Shown here: positions 55,715-64,000 of the stretch, piece after piece
Layout of the letters: each line of letters begins with the position of its first letter
How positions within the stretch are numbered: position 1 is the stretch's first letter
IMG/VR virus record: IMGVR_UViG_3300009193_000001
Length of the DNA: 64,000 nucleotides
Direction: 5' to 3' (one strand)
DNA from: a virus
Taxonomy: Duplodnaviria > Heunggongvirae > Uroviricota > Caudoviricetes
Notes under the pieces: generated by a model
What the model was told of the DNA's origin: nothing
The model's database searches: none
The model's input: only the letters and a program-made list of their open reading frames with translations
Position numbers and translations under genes: made by a program

Positions 55715-56032
55715 TTATTTTTTTGCTTGTTTTTCAACGCTATCCGAATTAAAGTCGTTTACCTTATTGAACATTTCAAGAACTTTATCGTCCTTAAGTT
55801 CAGCTACTTGTTCTGCACTTTCGAAAATACGAGAACCGTTAGCATCAACGATGCCAACATATACCATAGTAGACACCATGTCTGGTGCTGTACTAAAAAT
55901 GGTTGAGTCTTTTCGTGTGAACTTTTTCACGAATGCGGTAGTATTGAACTTTTCTAAAGTCACCTCTTTTAATACTGAGTCAGCGGTGATTGATGATTTA
56001 ATCATTTCTATATTTAACATTTTCTTCTCCAT
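55715..56032 (-). CDS. Tail assembly chaperone G
   Basis: 105-aa acidic protein immediately upstream of the tape measure; ends ...GCA AAA AAA TAA. Confidence 0.55.
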   Translation of the reverse strand: MEKKMLNIEMIKSSITADSVLKEVTLEKFNTTAFVKKFTRKDSTIFSTAPDMVSTMVYVGIVDANGSRIFESAEQVAELKDDKVLEMFNKVNDFNSDSVEKQAKK

Positions 56033-56622
56033 TATGATTTGGCTTTTCTTCGTGCCTGTGCTTTAGCTTTTTTGATGATTTCTTTACTTAATTCCTTACG
56101 GAAAGTAAATAATATATCGCCTTTCATTCTATCAAATGTTGGACGCATCCACGGTTTCGGTACAAGCGTTGGTAGTGTTACCTCATATGCTTGTGTTAGT
56201 TTTCCGAATGCAGAGTATCTATTTATTTGGGTCTCTTTCCGTCCATATTCTGAGACTATGGCATAACCCTGTGCTTCTTTACCAGTCGCTATAACTATAC
56301 GCAATTCACTTTTACTTGCTTTAGTAATTTTAGGTTTTTTTGCTTTAGTCATCTTAGGACTTTTATTTACACTAACTCTCATTCGTATACTATCCTTTAA
56401 AGCGTCCTTAATGGAGCCTGTAGGTAAAATACTAGTTTCTTTTAGTGTTGGTGCGGCTGCAACCATAGCGTCCTTTACAGGTGCCATTGCTTTACGTCCA
56501 GCAGACCTAAGTGCATTAGTTCTGAAGTTTGCATCGGTTAAGGCATTCAATCCTTGTTCGAGTTGTTTGAATCCGGTTATGCTATATTGTGTTATCGCAA
56601 TTTTGGGTCTTACGCTTGCCAT
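56032..56622 (-). CDS. Hypothetical tail-associated protein (basic C-terminus)
   Basis: 196-aa ORF between tail tube and chaperones. Confidence 0.35.
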   Translation of the reverse strand: MASVRPKIAITQYSITGFKQLEQGLNALTDANFRTNALRSAGRKAMAPVKDAMVAAAPTLKETSILPTGSIKDALKDSIRMRVSVNKSPKMTKAKKPKITKASKSELRIVIATGKEAQGYAIVSEYGRKETQINRYSAFGKLTQAYEVTLPTLVPKPWMRPTFDRMKGDILFTFRKELSKEIIKKAKAQARRKAKS

Positions 56623-56665
56623 GGTTGCTCCGTAGCGGACACTAATATGTATCCGCTATATCCGA

Positions 56666-57115
56666 TTATTTAGATACGTACAAACCCAAACCATTAACAG
56701 GCACTAAACTAAATGTCATTGTGCGCGTTTCGTCGAATGAGTTACTTACAGTTGCCGATGCAACAAGTGCGTCGAATTGGTTATATGTACCATTAGTACC
56801 AGATTCATCTTCGTCCATAACTAACGCAATAGAGCGTTGAGTTGATGTATTATATGCCGCCAATAAATCAATTTGACCTGCTTCTGATGGATTATAATTT
56901 ACAACAATTTCGATTGCTGATGCGTTAGCCGAGCCTACCAGTTTCTTTAGGTATTTTTGGCCGTATGCTTGAACATCGACGATTGTTGCTTCATCTGTAA
57001 GTTCACCCACAGACTGTACATCAGGTAAATTTGTTAGAATTGCAAAATCGGTAGATAATGGGCCATATGAGATTTTGGTAAAGTTACCAAGTGAAATATC
57101 AGTTAAACCTGCCAT
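56666..57115 (-). CDS. Major tail tube protein
   Basis: 149 aa, position between connector genes and chaperones; composition typical of siphoviral tube proteins. Confidence 0.5.
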   Translation of the reverse strand: MAGLTDISLGNFTKISYGPLSTDFAILTNLPDVQSVGELTDEATIVDVQAYGQKYLKKLVGSANASAIEIVVNYNPSEAGQIDLLAAYNTSTQRSIALVMDEDESGTNGTYNQFDALVASATVSNSFDETRTMTFSLVPVNGLGLYVSK

Positions 57116-57126
57116 TTATGTGTTCC

Positions 57127-57501
57127 TTAATTAATTAATTTTGGTAAAAAGTCTATAGTCAATTCGAATAACGATTGAGCGTGATTGTAGCTTTCTACTG
57201 AGTTGTCGAAATAGATGACTAATGTTTTAGTATTGTCAGTATTTAGTGTTTTGTTATGCAGTCCTGTTTTTAATAACTTTTCTACCTCATAACATTGGGC
57301 TAGCGTCGAGGCACACACAATTAAACTAATTCTATGGTTTGATATCGATGTACCATTAAGACTAGAATCGTCATCTCTTCGACCACCGGATATTTGCATT
57401 TCGATGCATGGATATTTAGCACCTTCTGGAATTATCACTGGATATACGTCAAGTTTTGATATGCGCTCTATAGCTTCTTTATAATCTATGCGATATTCCA
57501 T
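57127..57501 (-). CDS. Tail completion / head-tail joining protein
   Basis: 124-aa ORF in the connector block; positional. Confidence 0.35.
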   Translation of the reverse strand: MEYRIDYKEAIERISKLDVYPVIIPEGAKYPCIEMQISGGRRDDDSSLNGTSISNHRISLIVCASTLAQCYEVEKLLKTGLHNKTLNTDNTKTLVIYFDNSVESYNHAQSLFELTIDFLPKLIN

Positions 57502-57503
57502 AG

Positions 57504-57851
57504 TTATCTCCGCTTGATTGCCGTGATTATTGTTTTCTCGTTTAGCTTAAGCTTATTAACTGCCGAAGTTATATCGAAGGTATCACCCTGAAACTTTAGA
57601 GACATTTTCGTTTCTGCGTTCTCATACATTTTAGAATATCTAAGTTCGAAACGGATAACTTCTTGGGTATTTATTGCTGTCGAAACGCTTTCATCTGAAT
57701 CGTTTGCCAATATACGACACCAAGGTCTCTGTACGACTTTAGTTTCGTGTGTAGGAGAACCAAAGGCGTCACGTAAAGGTAAACAATCATCACCCAATTT
57801 AGGCTTCAATAGCTCTATCCTATGGCGGTAACTACCGCTACGAACACCCAT
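57504..57851 (-). CDS. Head closure / head-tail joining protein
   Basis: 115-aa ORF in the connector block; positional. Confidence 0.35.
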   Translation of the reverse strand: MGVRSGSYRHRIELLKPKLGDDCLPLRDAFGSPTHETKVVQRPWCRILANDSDESVSTAINTQEVIRFELRYSKMYENAETKMSLKFQGDTFDITSAVNKLKLNEKTIITAIKRR

Positions 57852-58408
57852 TATATGGGTCTCACTCTATGCATTTTACATAGTCGCTTAGCCGGAGCCG
57901 GAATTTCTGTCACGTTCATAGCAATAACCGTATCTTCTCGGTTCTCGTAAAGAGTTGCGAAAGTTTGTCTAATTGCGTGAGGAATAGAGCGAGGAATGTC
58001 TTCGATTTTAGCGTACCCACATTCGAATGTGACTTGAAATTCTGTATGCATGTAAGCATCATTCCAAGAATTTAAAAATATGATGGCCTTTCGAACATTA
58101 TCAAATTTATAATGCACACCTTCTATTAGAGTAATAGAAGTTTCATTTGCGTTTTGGCATGTGATGTTAGTTATTTTTTGTATTGGTGGATATGGTAAAG
58201 TGATTCTCTTACGAAAATCCGAAACAACACCTATCATAAGGGTTGTCGATAACCGACGATTTAAATATTGTTCAATTATATCATGGGCTGCGTCTAGGCA
58301 CATCTGAACGACTGTTTCGTCATAATGGTCGGTGATTCGGGAATGTTCCATCGCATCTTCGAGGGAGACTACGACCACATCCTCGTGGGATAATATGTCA
58401 GTAATCAT
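57851..58408 (-). CDS. Head-tail connector (gp6-like)
   Basis: N-terminus SLEDAMEHSRITDHYDETVVQMCLDAAHDIIEQY resembles the gp6-like connector signature (L..AK.HLRID.DdD..LI...I.AA.E.aE.Y). Confidence 0.45.
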   Translation of the reverse strand: MITDILSHEDVVVVSLEDAMEHSRITDHYDETVVQMCLDAAHDIIEQYLNRRLSTTLMIGVVSDFRKRITLPYPPIQKITNITCQNANETSITLIEGVHYKFDNVRKAIIFLNSWNDAYMHTEFQVTFECGYAKIEDIPRSIPHAIRQTFATLYENREDTVIAMNVTEIPAPAKRLCKMHRVRPI

Positions 58409-58427
58409 ATATTAATACCTCATATTG

Positions 58428-58464
58428 TAAAAATGGCGCACACTAGATGTGTGCGCCATTTTTT
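58428..58464 (-). terminator. Rho-independent (likely attenuating) terminator downstream of the capsid gene
   Basis: Palindrome tggcgcacac-taga-tgtgtgcgcca flanked by an A-run and T6. Confidence 0.55.
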
Positions 58465-58484
58465 ATAACATTTTTAAACTCTAA

Positions 58485-59741
58485 TTATAAAATAGTGTTT
58501 AAAATTACGATTGCATCATTTGCTTGCATTAAGTCACCTTTACGGGCTTCATATTTAAGCGTGATTGCACCATCAGCAGTGTATGGGTCAACCAAGAAGA
58601 AATCGTCAATTGAGCATAACGCGTAAGCTTTAGATAAGTCACCGAAGATAACTGGAGCTTTACTAGTACCAGCTTCACCTTGCATGTAATCTTCTAACAC
58701 TACAGGGAAACCAGATAAGTTGAAACCGCCAGCTTCGAATTGAATTAAAGGGCGACCTTCTAAATCTTTAAGTTTACGATATTCTGCAAGTGTAAATCGG
58801 TTCATTACAAACTTAGAAGCACCTAAATACTTAGATGGCAACATCGCAGTTAAATCGATAATTGTATCAATTGCTGAGTTTGCAGCAGTTGGGTCACGGT
58901 CACCAATAGAATCAGCAATACCAGTTTTCATCGCAGCGTAAAATTCTACGTTACGTGGAGCTACTGCGTCCATAGTAGGTTTGTAAGATTCTAAGCCGAA
59001 TCGTTTAGTACTTAAGATGCCGCGTAATTGGTTGTTTGAACCATTACCTTCGCCAAATAATACTTGAACTGCCCAGTAGCGTGAAACTTCTTCAGCTAAT
59101 AATGATTGTAAGTGAGCGAAAAGGTCAATATGTGGGTCATTGATTGATTCACGTGAGATTTGTGGCTTAGCATATTGCTTAGCTACTTGCATTGATACGC
59201 CAACATATTTTTGTGTACCAGTTTGCGCCCAAACATCAGCAGGGTTGCCAGTTTGCTCGCCAACAGCACCAGTAGCTGGGAAGTTAGCAAGTACCATTTC
59301 ACGGTATTCAACTGAGCCAACAGTTTTAGCCGAGATAAGGCCAAGAATAGCAACATTTTCACGAGCGCGTTCGATGATGGTGCGACCCAATTCAGCGTCG
59401 ATACCTAATGCAATACCATCGGCACCAATTTGCATTTGCTTAAGGTCTAATGGGCGACCATTAGATACTGCATCTTGGATTGCAGTTTTAAGTTGTGTGC
59501 TAGCAGCTTTAACGTCAAATACAGCGTCGGCTTGTTTAGTATCTAATACCAATTCAGCTTGTTTTGCTTCTAAGTTAGCGGCAAGTTCTTTTACGTCTGC
59601 AACGGCAGCGTTTAACGTTTTAATCTCAGCTTCTTGCTCTGCGTTTTTGGCAGAAAGGGCAGCAACAGTTGCAGCGTCGGCTTTTGATTCTAAGCCAGTA
59701 GCTACTGCAGATTTTACGTCTTCGATTTTTAGTTCAGTCAT
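58485..59741 (-). CDS. Major capsid protein (HK97 fold) with N-terminal coiled-coil delta/scaffold domain
   Basis: 418 aa; N-terminal Ala/Glu/Lys coiled coil then capsid-like body; location after prohead protease. Confidence 0.65.
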   Translation of the reverse strand: MTELKIEDVKSAVATGLESKADAATVAALSAKNAEQEAEIKTLNAAVADVKELAANLEAKQAELVLDTKQADAVFDVKAASTQLKTAIQDAVSNGRPLDLKQMQIGADGIALGIDAELGRTIIERARENVAILGLISAKTVGSVEYREMVLANFPATGAVGEQTGNPADVWAQTGTQKYVGVSMQVAKQYAKPQISRESINDPHIDLFAHLQSLLAEEVSRYWAVQVLFGEGNGSNNQLRGILSTKRFGLESYKPTMDAVAPRNVEFYAAMKTGIADSIGDRDPTAANSAIDTIIDLTAMLPSKYLGASKFVMNRFTLAEYRKLKDLEGRPLIQFEAGGFNLSGFPVVLEDYMQGEAGTSKAPVIFGDLSKAYALCSIDDFFLVDPYTADGAITLKYEARKGDLMQANDAIVILNTIL

Positions 59742-59869
59742 GTGGTTTCCTTTAGGATGTGGTAGTAAATAATAAAATATATTAATAAATAGTTAATTGA
59801 GAGGTATCGTTATTGTTGCGTAGTCGTCCACGCACAATGCAGATTATTATATAATGTGGACTACCACTT

Positions 59870-60994
59870 TTATTTGAACCAGCTCTTGATTTCATCTACG
59901 GTTAATGTAGACGCTTCCGATTTAATTTCTTCCGGTTCGATTGGCACTTCGTTTTCGATTGGTGCGATATCTTCCTGAATATCTTCATCAGATTTTATTT
60001 CTCGACTTTCGATGTTTAGTTCTAGGTCTTTTTCTCCATCAGTGATGGTGTCTTCGTTTTTCATTGCTTCTGTTTCTGTTTCGTTTAGCCAAGATACATG
60101 GCGCACAACTACTTCACCAGAACCAACCATAATGTCACCGTTTTCAGCGACGGAATATGGGATTCGCAAGTAATATTCGGCAGAATCATCTTCCAAATAA
60201 ACATGGGCAATAACATATGTCATATAAATATCTTGAATATAGACATACTTACCTTCACCGCCAGCACTTTTACGTATAGCTTCAGAAACAGTACCAGCAA
60301 ATTCACCTAGTGACATTTCTGATTTTATTTCTAAATCGTGTGTGGTTGCTGGGGTTTCGGCTTTAATTTTAAATGCTTCTAATGCGTTTGCCATTTCAGC
60401 TTCGCTCTCCCGAACGGCCTTAATGGAATCGACAGCAGCCTGTGCTTGGCGTTTTGATATACCTGCAGCCTGAAGTGCTTTCTGTACTCCGCGCATAGGA
60501 TTATCATTATCAACTAGAGCAGATTTAACAGATTGAATTAATGAGTCTTCGTTGCATGCGAATGTGACTAATGAAATTTCTTTCACGTCTAGTTCATGTA
60601 GCTCATTTACGCCATTAATCATTTTCTCTTTGACGGTTTTGTATCCGATTGAGAAACGCTTAAGAGCACCCATTTTAACTAGAGCATATGCTTCTGAGCC
60701 AGCTTGAGTTTCTAAGCAGAATTCACCTTCGAACAGTAAACCCATATCATCTTCTTTCATAGAAGTAATGATACCGATAGGATTTTCTGTGTGTCCATGT
60801 TGGCCAAGAAACTGTGGCATTTCTGCCTTAGCTGCCCAACCTTGGATACATTTTGTAAAGGCACCATGCATAGTTTTATCGTTCGCATGGTCGACTGTAC
60901 CGAAAGTGTTTCCGTAGGCACTAAATGTGCCAATCTCACCGCCAGCTTTTATTTTAAAGCCACCGTATAAAGATTTTGTGTTCAGATTATACAT
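59870..60994 (-). CDS. Prohead protease (HK97/S78-type) with acidic C-terminal extension
   Basis: N-terminal region FSAYGNTFGTVDHANDKTMHGAF typical of prohead protease family; between portal and capsid genes. Confidence 0.6.
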   Translation of the reverse strand: MYNLNTKSLYGGFKIKAGGEIGTFSAYGNTFGTVDHANDKTMHGAFTKCIQGWAAKAEMPQFLGQHGHTENPIGIITSMKEDDMGLLFEGEFCLETQAGSEAYALVKMGALKRFSIGYKTVKEKMINGVNELHELDVKEISLVTFACNEDSLIQSVKSALVDNDNPMRGVQKALQAAGISKRQAQAAVDSIKAVRESEAEMANALEAFKIKAETPATTHDLEIKSEMSLGEFAGTVSEAIRKSAGGEGKYVYIQDIYMTYVIAHVYLEDDSAEYYLRIPYSVAENGDIMVGSGEVVVRHVSWLNETETEAMKNEDTITDGEKDLELNIESREIKSDEDIQEDIAPIENEVPIEPEEIKSEASTLTVDEIKSWFK

Positions 60995-62315
60995 TTTTAT
61001 CCCCTGCTACTTCATTAGGTTCTGTCACCGTAGGATTAGCTACCGATTCCAAACCTGAAATTGTAGCTTCAGTCATTTGTTTTTGTTGGTCCCATGTACC
61101 ATAAGTAAAATTGTTCGTACCTATGATATAAACGTCACCACCTTGAATTGTTGGTCGACCCAACTCACGACATGCATCATTTACCGAAGTTGTACCAAGA
61201 GCCATTTCTTCTTTGAGTGTTTGTACTAATGTTTTTCTGTCGCCACGTGTAAATTCTCTCTCATCCAATTTAATTGAATGGTTAGATGGTAATAATAATT
61301 TAATATTATTTTCCAAACGTGTAACTAAAGGCATTAATGAATCTCGAAAGAATGCTGTTGCTGTTTGTTCTATTGTGTTATACTTCATTGCGTCAGGTGA
61401 ACCTAACATATGAAGAGGGACACGAAATATAGAAGCAATTTGCTCTCTTGAATATTTTCGTTGTTCGATTAACTGGACATCAACTGCAGACATTTGAATT
61501 TGTTGGTAAGTCATACCATATTCTAATACTGCTGTTTTTCCTGAGTTTTTCGGACCTTTATATAGCTCATCCCATTGGTCTTTTAGACGTTGGATTGATG
61601 CTTCGGCTTCTTCATCGTCACCGAACGTTTGTTCAGTTGATAATACGCCAGAAGGTCTTGCGCCATTTTCGAATAGTGCTGCTGCGTGTGTGTCGCCAGC
61701 AATTGCCGAACCAATTGTTTGTGAGGATTGTGTAATAGGGGATAATCCACGATAACCGTTGGTTGCGTTCAATTTAATGTGTAAAATTTCACTGGGTGCA
61801 TATGTTTTAATTGTTTTATTACCTCTACCGTCGTTGGTAGTATAGGTATGATACACTTGCCCATATGAGTTCATGCTGGTGGTACAATTTTCTTGATGTT
61901 CGAACGGTACTAATTCGTATACGTTCTTATATCTATTGCGTTTTACCATTGCATAAAAGTTACCTAGCGTTTCTACACTAGTGACATACGTTTCGATGAA
62001 TTCTTGCCAAGTTTGGTACGTGTTTGGTCGCTGCGTAAATACTGTATGCTGAGTACCAGACGTTATTTCGACTTTTTGGTTTCCATCATGGCTGTATAAT
62101 TTAATTGGCAGTTGACCAATACTTTCTGCTTTAATACGGATACAAGAATAAACATCTTGCTGGCGCATAGCTGAAGTATAGGTGACAGTTGTCTTGGCAC
62201 TAACACCATTAAAGTATTGTGATAGTGATTCTGCTGCATAAGGATTATCGGCCTTGGTTCCAACCGACGTGGGGATGGATTTTCTTTTAAACGGATTGCT
62301 AAATATCATGTCCAT
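60987..62315 (-). CDS. Portal protein
   Basis: 442 aa, located between terminase large subunit and protease; composition and length typical. Confidence 0.6.
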   Translation of the reverse strand: MDMIFSNPFKRKSIPTSVGTKADNPYAAESLSQYFNGVSAKTTVTYTSAMRQQDVYSCIRIKAESIGQLPIKLYSHDGNQKVEITSGTQHTVFTQRPNTYQTWQEFIETYVTSVETLGNFYAMVKRNRYKNVYELVPFEHQENCTTSMNSYGQVYHTYTTNDGRGNKTIKTYAPSEILHIKLNATNGYRGLSPITQSSQTIGSAIAGDTHAAALFENGARPSGVLSTEQTFGDDEEAEASIQRLKDQWDELYKGPKNSGKTAVLEYGMTYQQIQMSAVDVQLIEQRKYSREQIASIFRVPLHMLGSPDAMKYNTIEQTATAFFRDSLMPLVTRLENNIKLLLPSNHSIKLDEREFTRGDRKTLVQTLKEEMALGTTSVNDACRELGRPTIQGGDVYIIGTNNFTYGTWDQQKQMTEATISGLESVANPTVTEPNEVAGDKNV

Positions 62316-62319
62316 CCTC

Positions 62320-63891
62320 TTAGGTTGTTACTAGTCCTCGTTTCCGGTATGGATTCTTCGGGCTAGGAGTTTTAAGCTCGCAAAGTTGCATTCCGATTAT
62401 AGTAGCTATAATAGAGTCAATTTTGTCGTGCGGTTTTGACTTATCTTTGAGAACTTTCATATTCTCATTGATGTCCTTGAAACAAACCGCGTTGGCACAA
62501 CACCATTCAAACGCTTTGTCTTTTTCGTCATAATTTAATTTACCTTGAGCAATCAACGATTGAACCATTTTCGCAGGTTCACTTAAATGTGATATACCTT
62601 GCTTAACTTCAACCATTTCGATGTTACTCTTCTCCAGAGAAATTGCAAATTGCGATGCAGAATATGGGTCATACCCAACCATCTGTAAATCGTAATGTTT
62701 AGCACAATGTAATATTTCTCGCTTAATAAAGTCATAGTCTGTGGCAGCACCTTGGGTGATGGTTAATATACCATCCTCTTCCCATTGGACATAAGCTTCA
62801 TATCGTGCCGGAGTGGCTGCATCGAGAGCATGCTCAGGTAAATAGTGCCGCTGAAATATAGTTACGCTACCATCATCTTCGGGGAAGAGGATGCTTAGTG
62901 CAGCTAAATCGATTTTTTGTGCTAAATCGAGTCCTATATAACATTTACGGCCTATGTAGTTTTTTATATCTAAACCTCGTCTAGAACATGTCATTTGCAT
63001 GTGAAGTAAATCTAGATATGGTGAATCATTTGTATTTACGAAAACATCACAATATTTTGTTAGGAAATCTTTTCGGTTGGCGGCATTTTGAAGTGCGCCA
63101 GCGAAGTCTGAACGAAGGGTATGTATATTTGTAGCAAAACCAATAGATGGATTTGCTTTATACCAGTTCTTCTCATCTTTCCAATCATCATTATCATCTA
63201 TTGCAAATTCCATACCGAAATATGAATCTAATTTTTCTAGGTTACTATTGATGTCTCTTACATGGTTTCTCTGTGCTATACAAACACCATCGAGCTGGGT
63301 TCCGGCTGTGGAAATTAGGAACAAAAAAGGGTCTTGGGTTGCACTAGTACCTGTAGATAATGTGTTCATTAAATCTGCATTATGGTGTGCGTGAAGCTCG
63401 TCACAAATACCCAAAGCAACACGTAATCCATCAATTGCCATTGGGTCGTTTGGCTTTGGTTCCATGATACCATCACGAAGCCACGATTTAAGATTGCTTG
63501 CCATGACGTCATAATGCTTACGGAGATTCCAGTCTGCAGATTTAATCATTTTCTTTGCATCTTTAAATACGATACCAGCTTGTTCATAATTACGGGCAAC
63601 TACATAACAAGATGGGTTACCATTTGGAGAAAACGCCATGGTGTATAATGCTATTATAGAACATAGGAAAGATTTAGCGTTACCACGAGCAACCAATGTG
63701 AATGCTTTAGTGAATCTACGTTCTCCTGCTCGTTCATGGTTTTTGCCGTAATACCATCCAAACATATTACCTAATACGAACACCATCCACATTAGTAATT
63801 CTATTTTTTTGCCTTGCATCTTACCTTTAGTGTGACGGAATCTACCAGCGAAATCTATAACATCAGTTACTTCTTCAAATCTGAATTCCAA
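62320..63891 (-). CDS. Terminase large subunit
   Basis: Walker A-like ARGNAKS, Walker B LGICDELH, C-terminal nuclease-like acidic residues; 523 aa. Confidence 0.75.
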   Translation of the reverse strand: MEFRFEEVTDVIDFAGRFRHTKGKMQGKKIELLMWMVFVLGNMFGWYYGKNHERAGERRFTKAFTLVARGNAKSFLCSIIALYTMAFSPNGNPSCYVVARNYEQAGIVFKDAKKMIKSADWNLRKHYDVMASNLKSWLRDGIMEPKPNDPMAIDGLRVALGICDELHAHHNADLMNTLSTGTSATQDPFLFLISTAGTQLDGVCIAQRNHVRDINSNLEKLDSYFGMEFAIDDNDDWKDEKNWYKANPSIGFATNIHTLRSDFAGALQNAANRKDFLTKYCDVFVNTNDSPYLDLLHMQMTCSRRGLDIKNYIGRKCYIGLDLAQKIDLAALSILFPEDDGSVTIFQRHYLPEHALDAATPARYEAYVQWEEDGILTITQGAATDYDFIKREILHCAKHYDLQMVGYDPYSASQFAISLEKSNIEMVEVKQGISHLSEPAKMVQSLIAQGKLNYDEKDKAFEWCCANAVCFKDINENMKVLKDKSKPHDKIDSIIATIIGMQLCELKTPSPKNPYRKRGLVTT

Positions 63892-64000
63892 CTCACCTTT
63901 TTCTATTCTACTACAATCATAAACAAATCTAGCACAAGCATTCTTTGTTTGTACGCCAGTTTTATTGAAATATATACCATCTTGGTGTAATACTTCATAT

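Noticed and set aside
59140-59772. 210-aa plus-strand ORF inside the capsid gene, and similar long plus-strand ORFs within minus-strand structural genes (e.g. 50406..50864, 54696..55074)
   Set aside because: Antisense to strongly supported structural genes; no independent signals.

Overview
The window reads as a segment of a tailed-phage genome with two convergently transcribed modules. Hosts are probably Gram-negative, judged from the SAR-type T4 lysozyme, spanin-like lipoprotein and several lipoprotein or membrane ORFs; the sequence is AT-rich. Plus strand, ~1 to 36.5 kb: a T4-type replication, recombination and nucleotide-metabolism module. Recognisable genes are gp62 clamp-loader subunit, family-B DNA polymerase (gp43), gp59 helicase loader, gp32 SSB, RNase H, gp45 clamp, UvsW, UvsY, Dda, DexA, ligase, dCMP deaminase and thymidylate synthase. 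Peptide deformylase, an HD-domain alarmone-hydrolase-like gene and a MazG-like gene are also present. Many small ORFs are interspersed, and there are at least five homing-endonuclease-like genes (two HNH_3-like paralogs, one GIY-YIG, one HNH+AP2, and an HNH-like domain inserted in-frame into thyA). Several of the small genes are preceded by a recurring sigma70-like promoter cassette whose -10 box sits inside a short inverted repeat; these resemble the PeSL cassettes of T4-type phages. A bidirectional terminator at ~36.52-36.56 kb separates the two modules. Minus strand, 36.6 to 64 kb: a lysis cassette (N-terminally anchored T4-type lysozyme plus lipoprotein/TM spanin-like genes), then a lambda/T5-like siphoviral structural module. 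This includes large terminase, portal, prohead protease, HK97-type capsid, connector proteins, tail tube, G/GT chaperones with a -1 frameshift site, tape measure, tip proteins, a 1780-aa J-like fibre with a C-terminal S74 chaperone domain, and a 1097-aa fibre carrying about 25 tandem 14-aa repeats. No tRNA, rRNA or CRISPR array was found. Most interesting observations: the HNH-domain insertion in thymidylate synthase with a free-standing homolog elsewhere; an A9 homopolymer frameshift splitting one member of a paralog pair; a SLOG(DUF2493)-DexA in-frame fusion with an internal start; unusual Ala-rich and NPF tandem repeats; and a mosaic of a T4-type replisome with a siphovirus-type virion module. 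All functional calls rest on motif recognition by eye from the translations; no database search was run.
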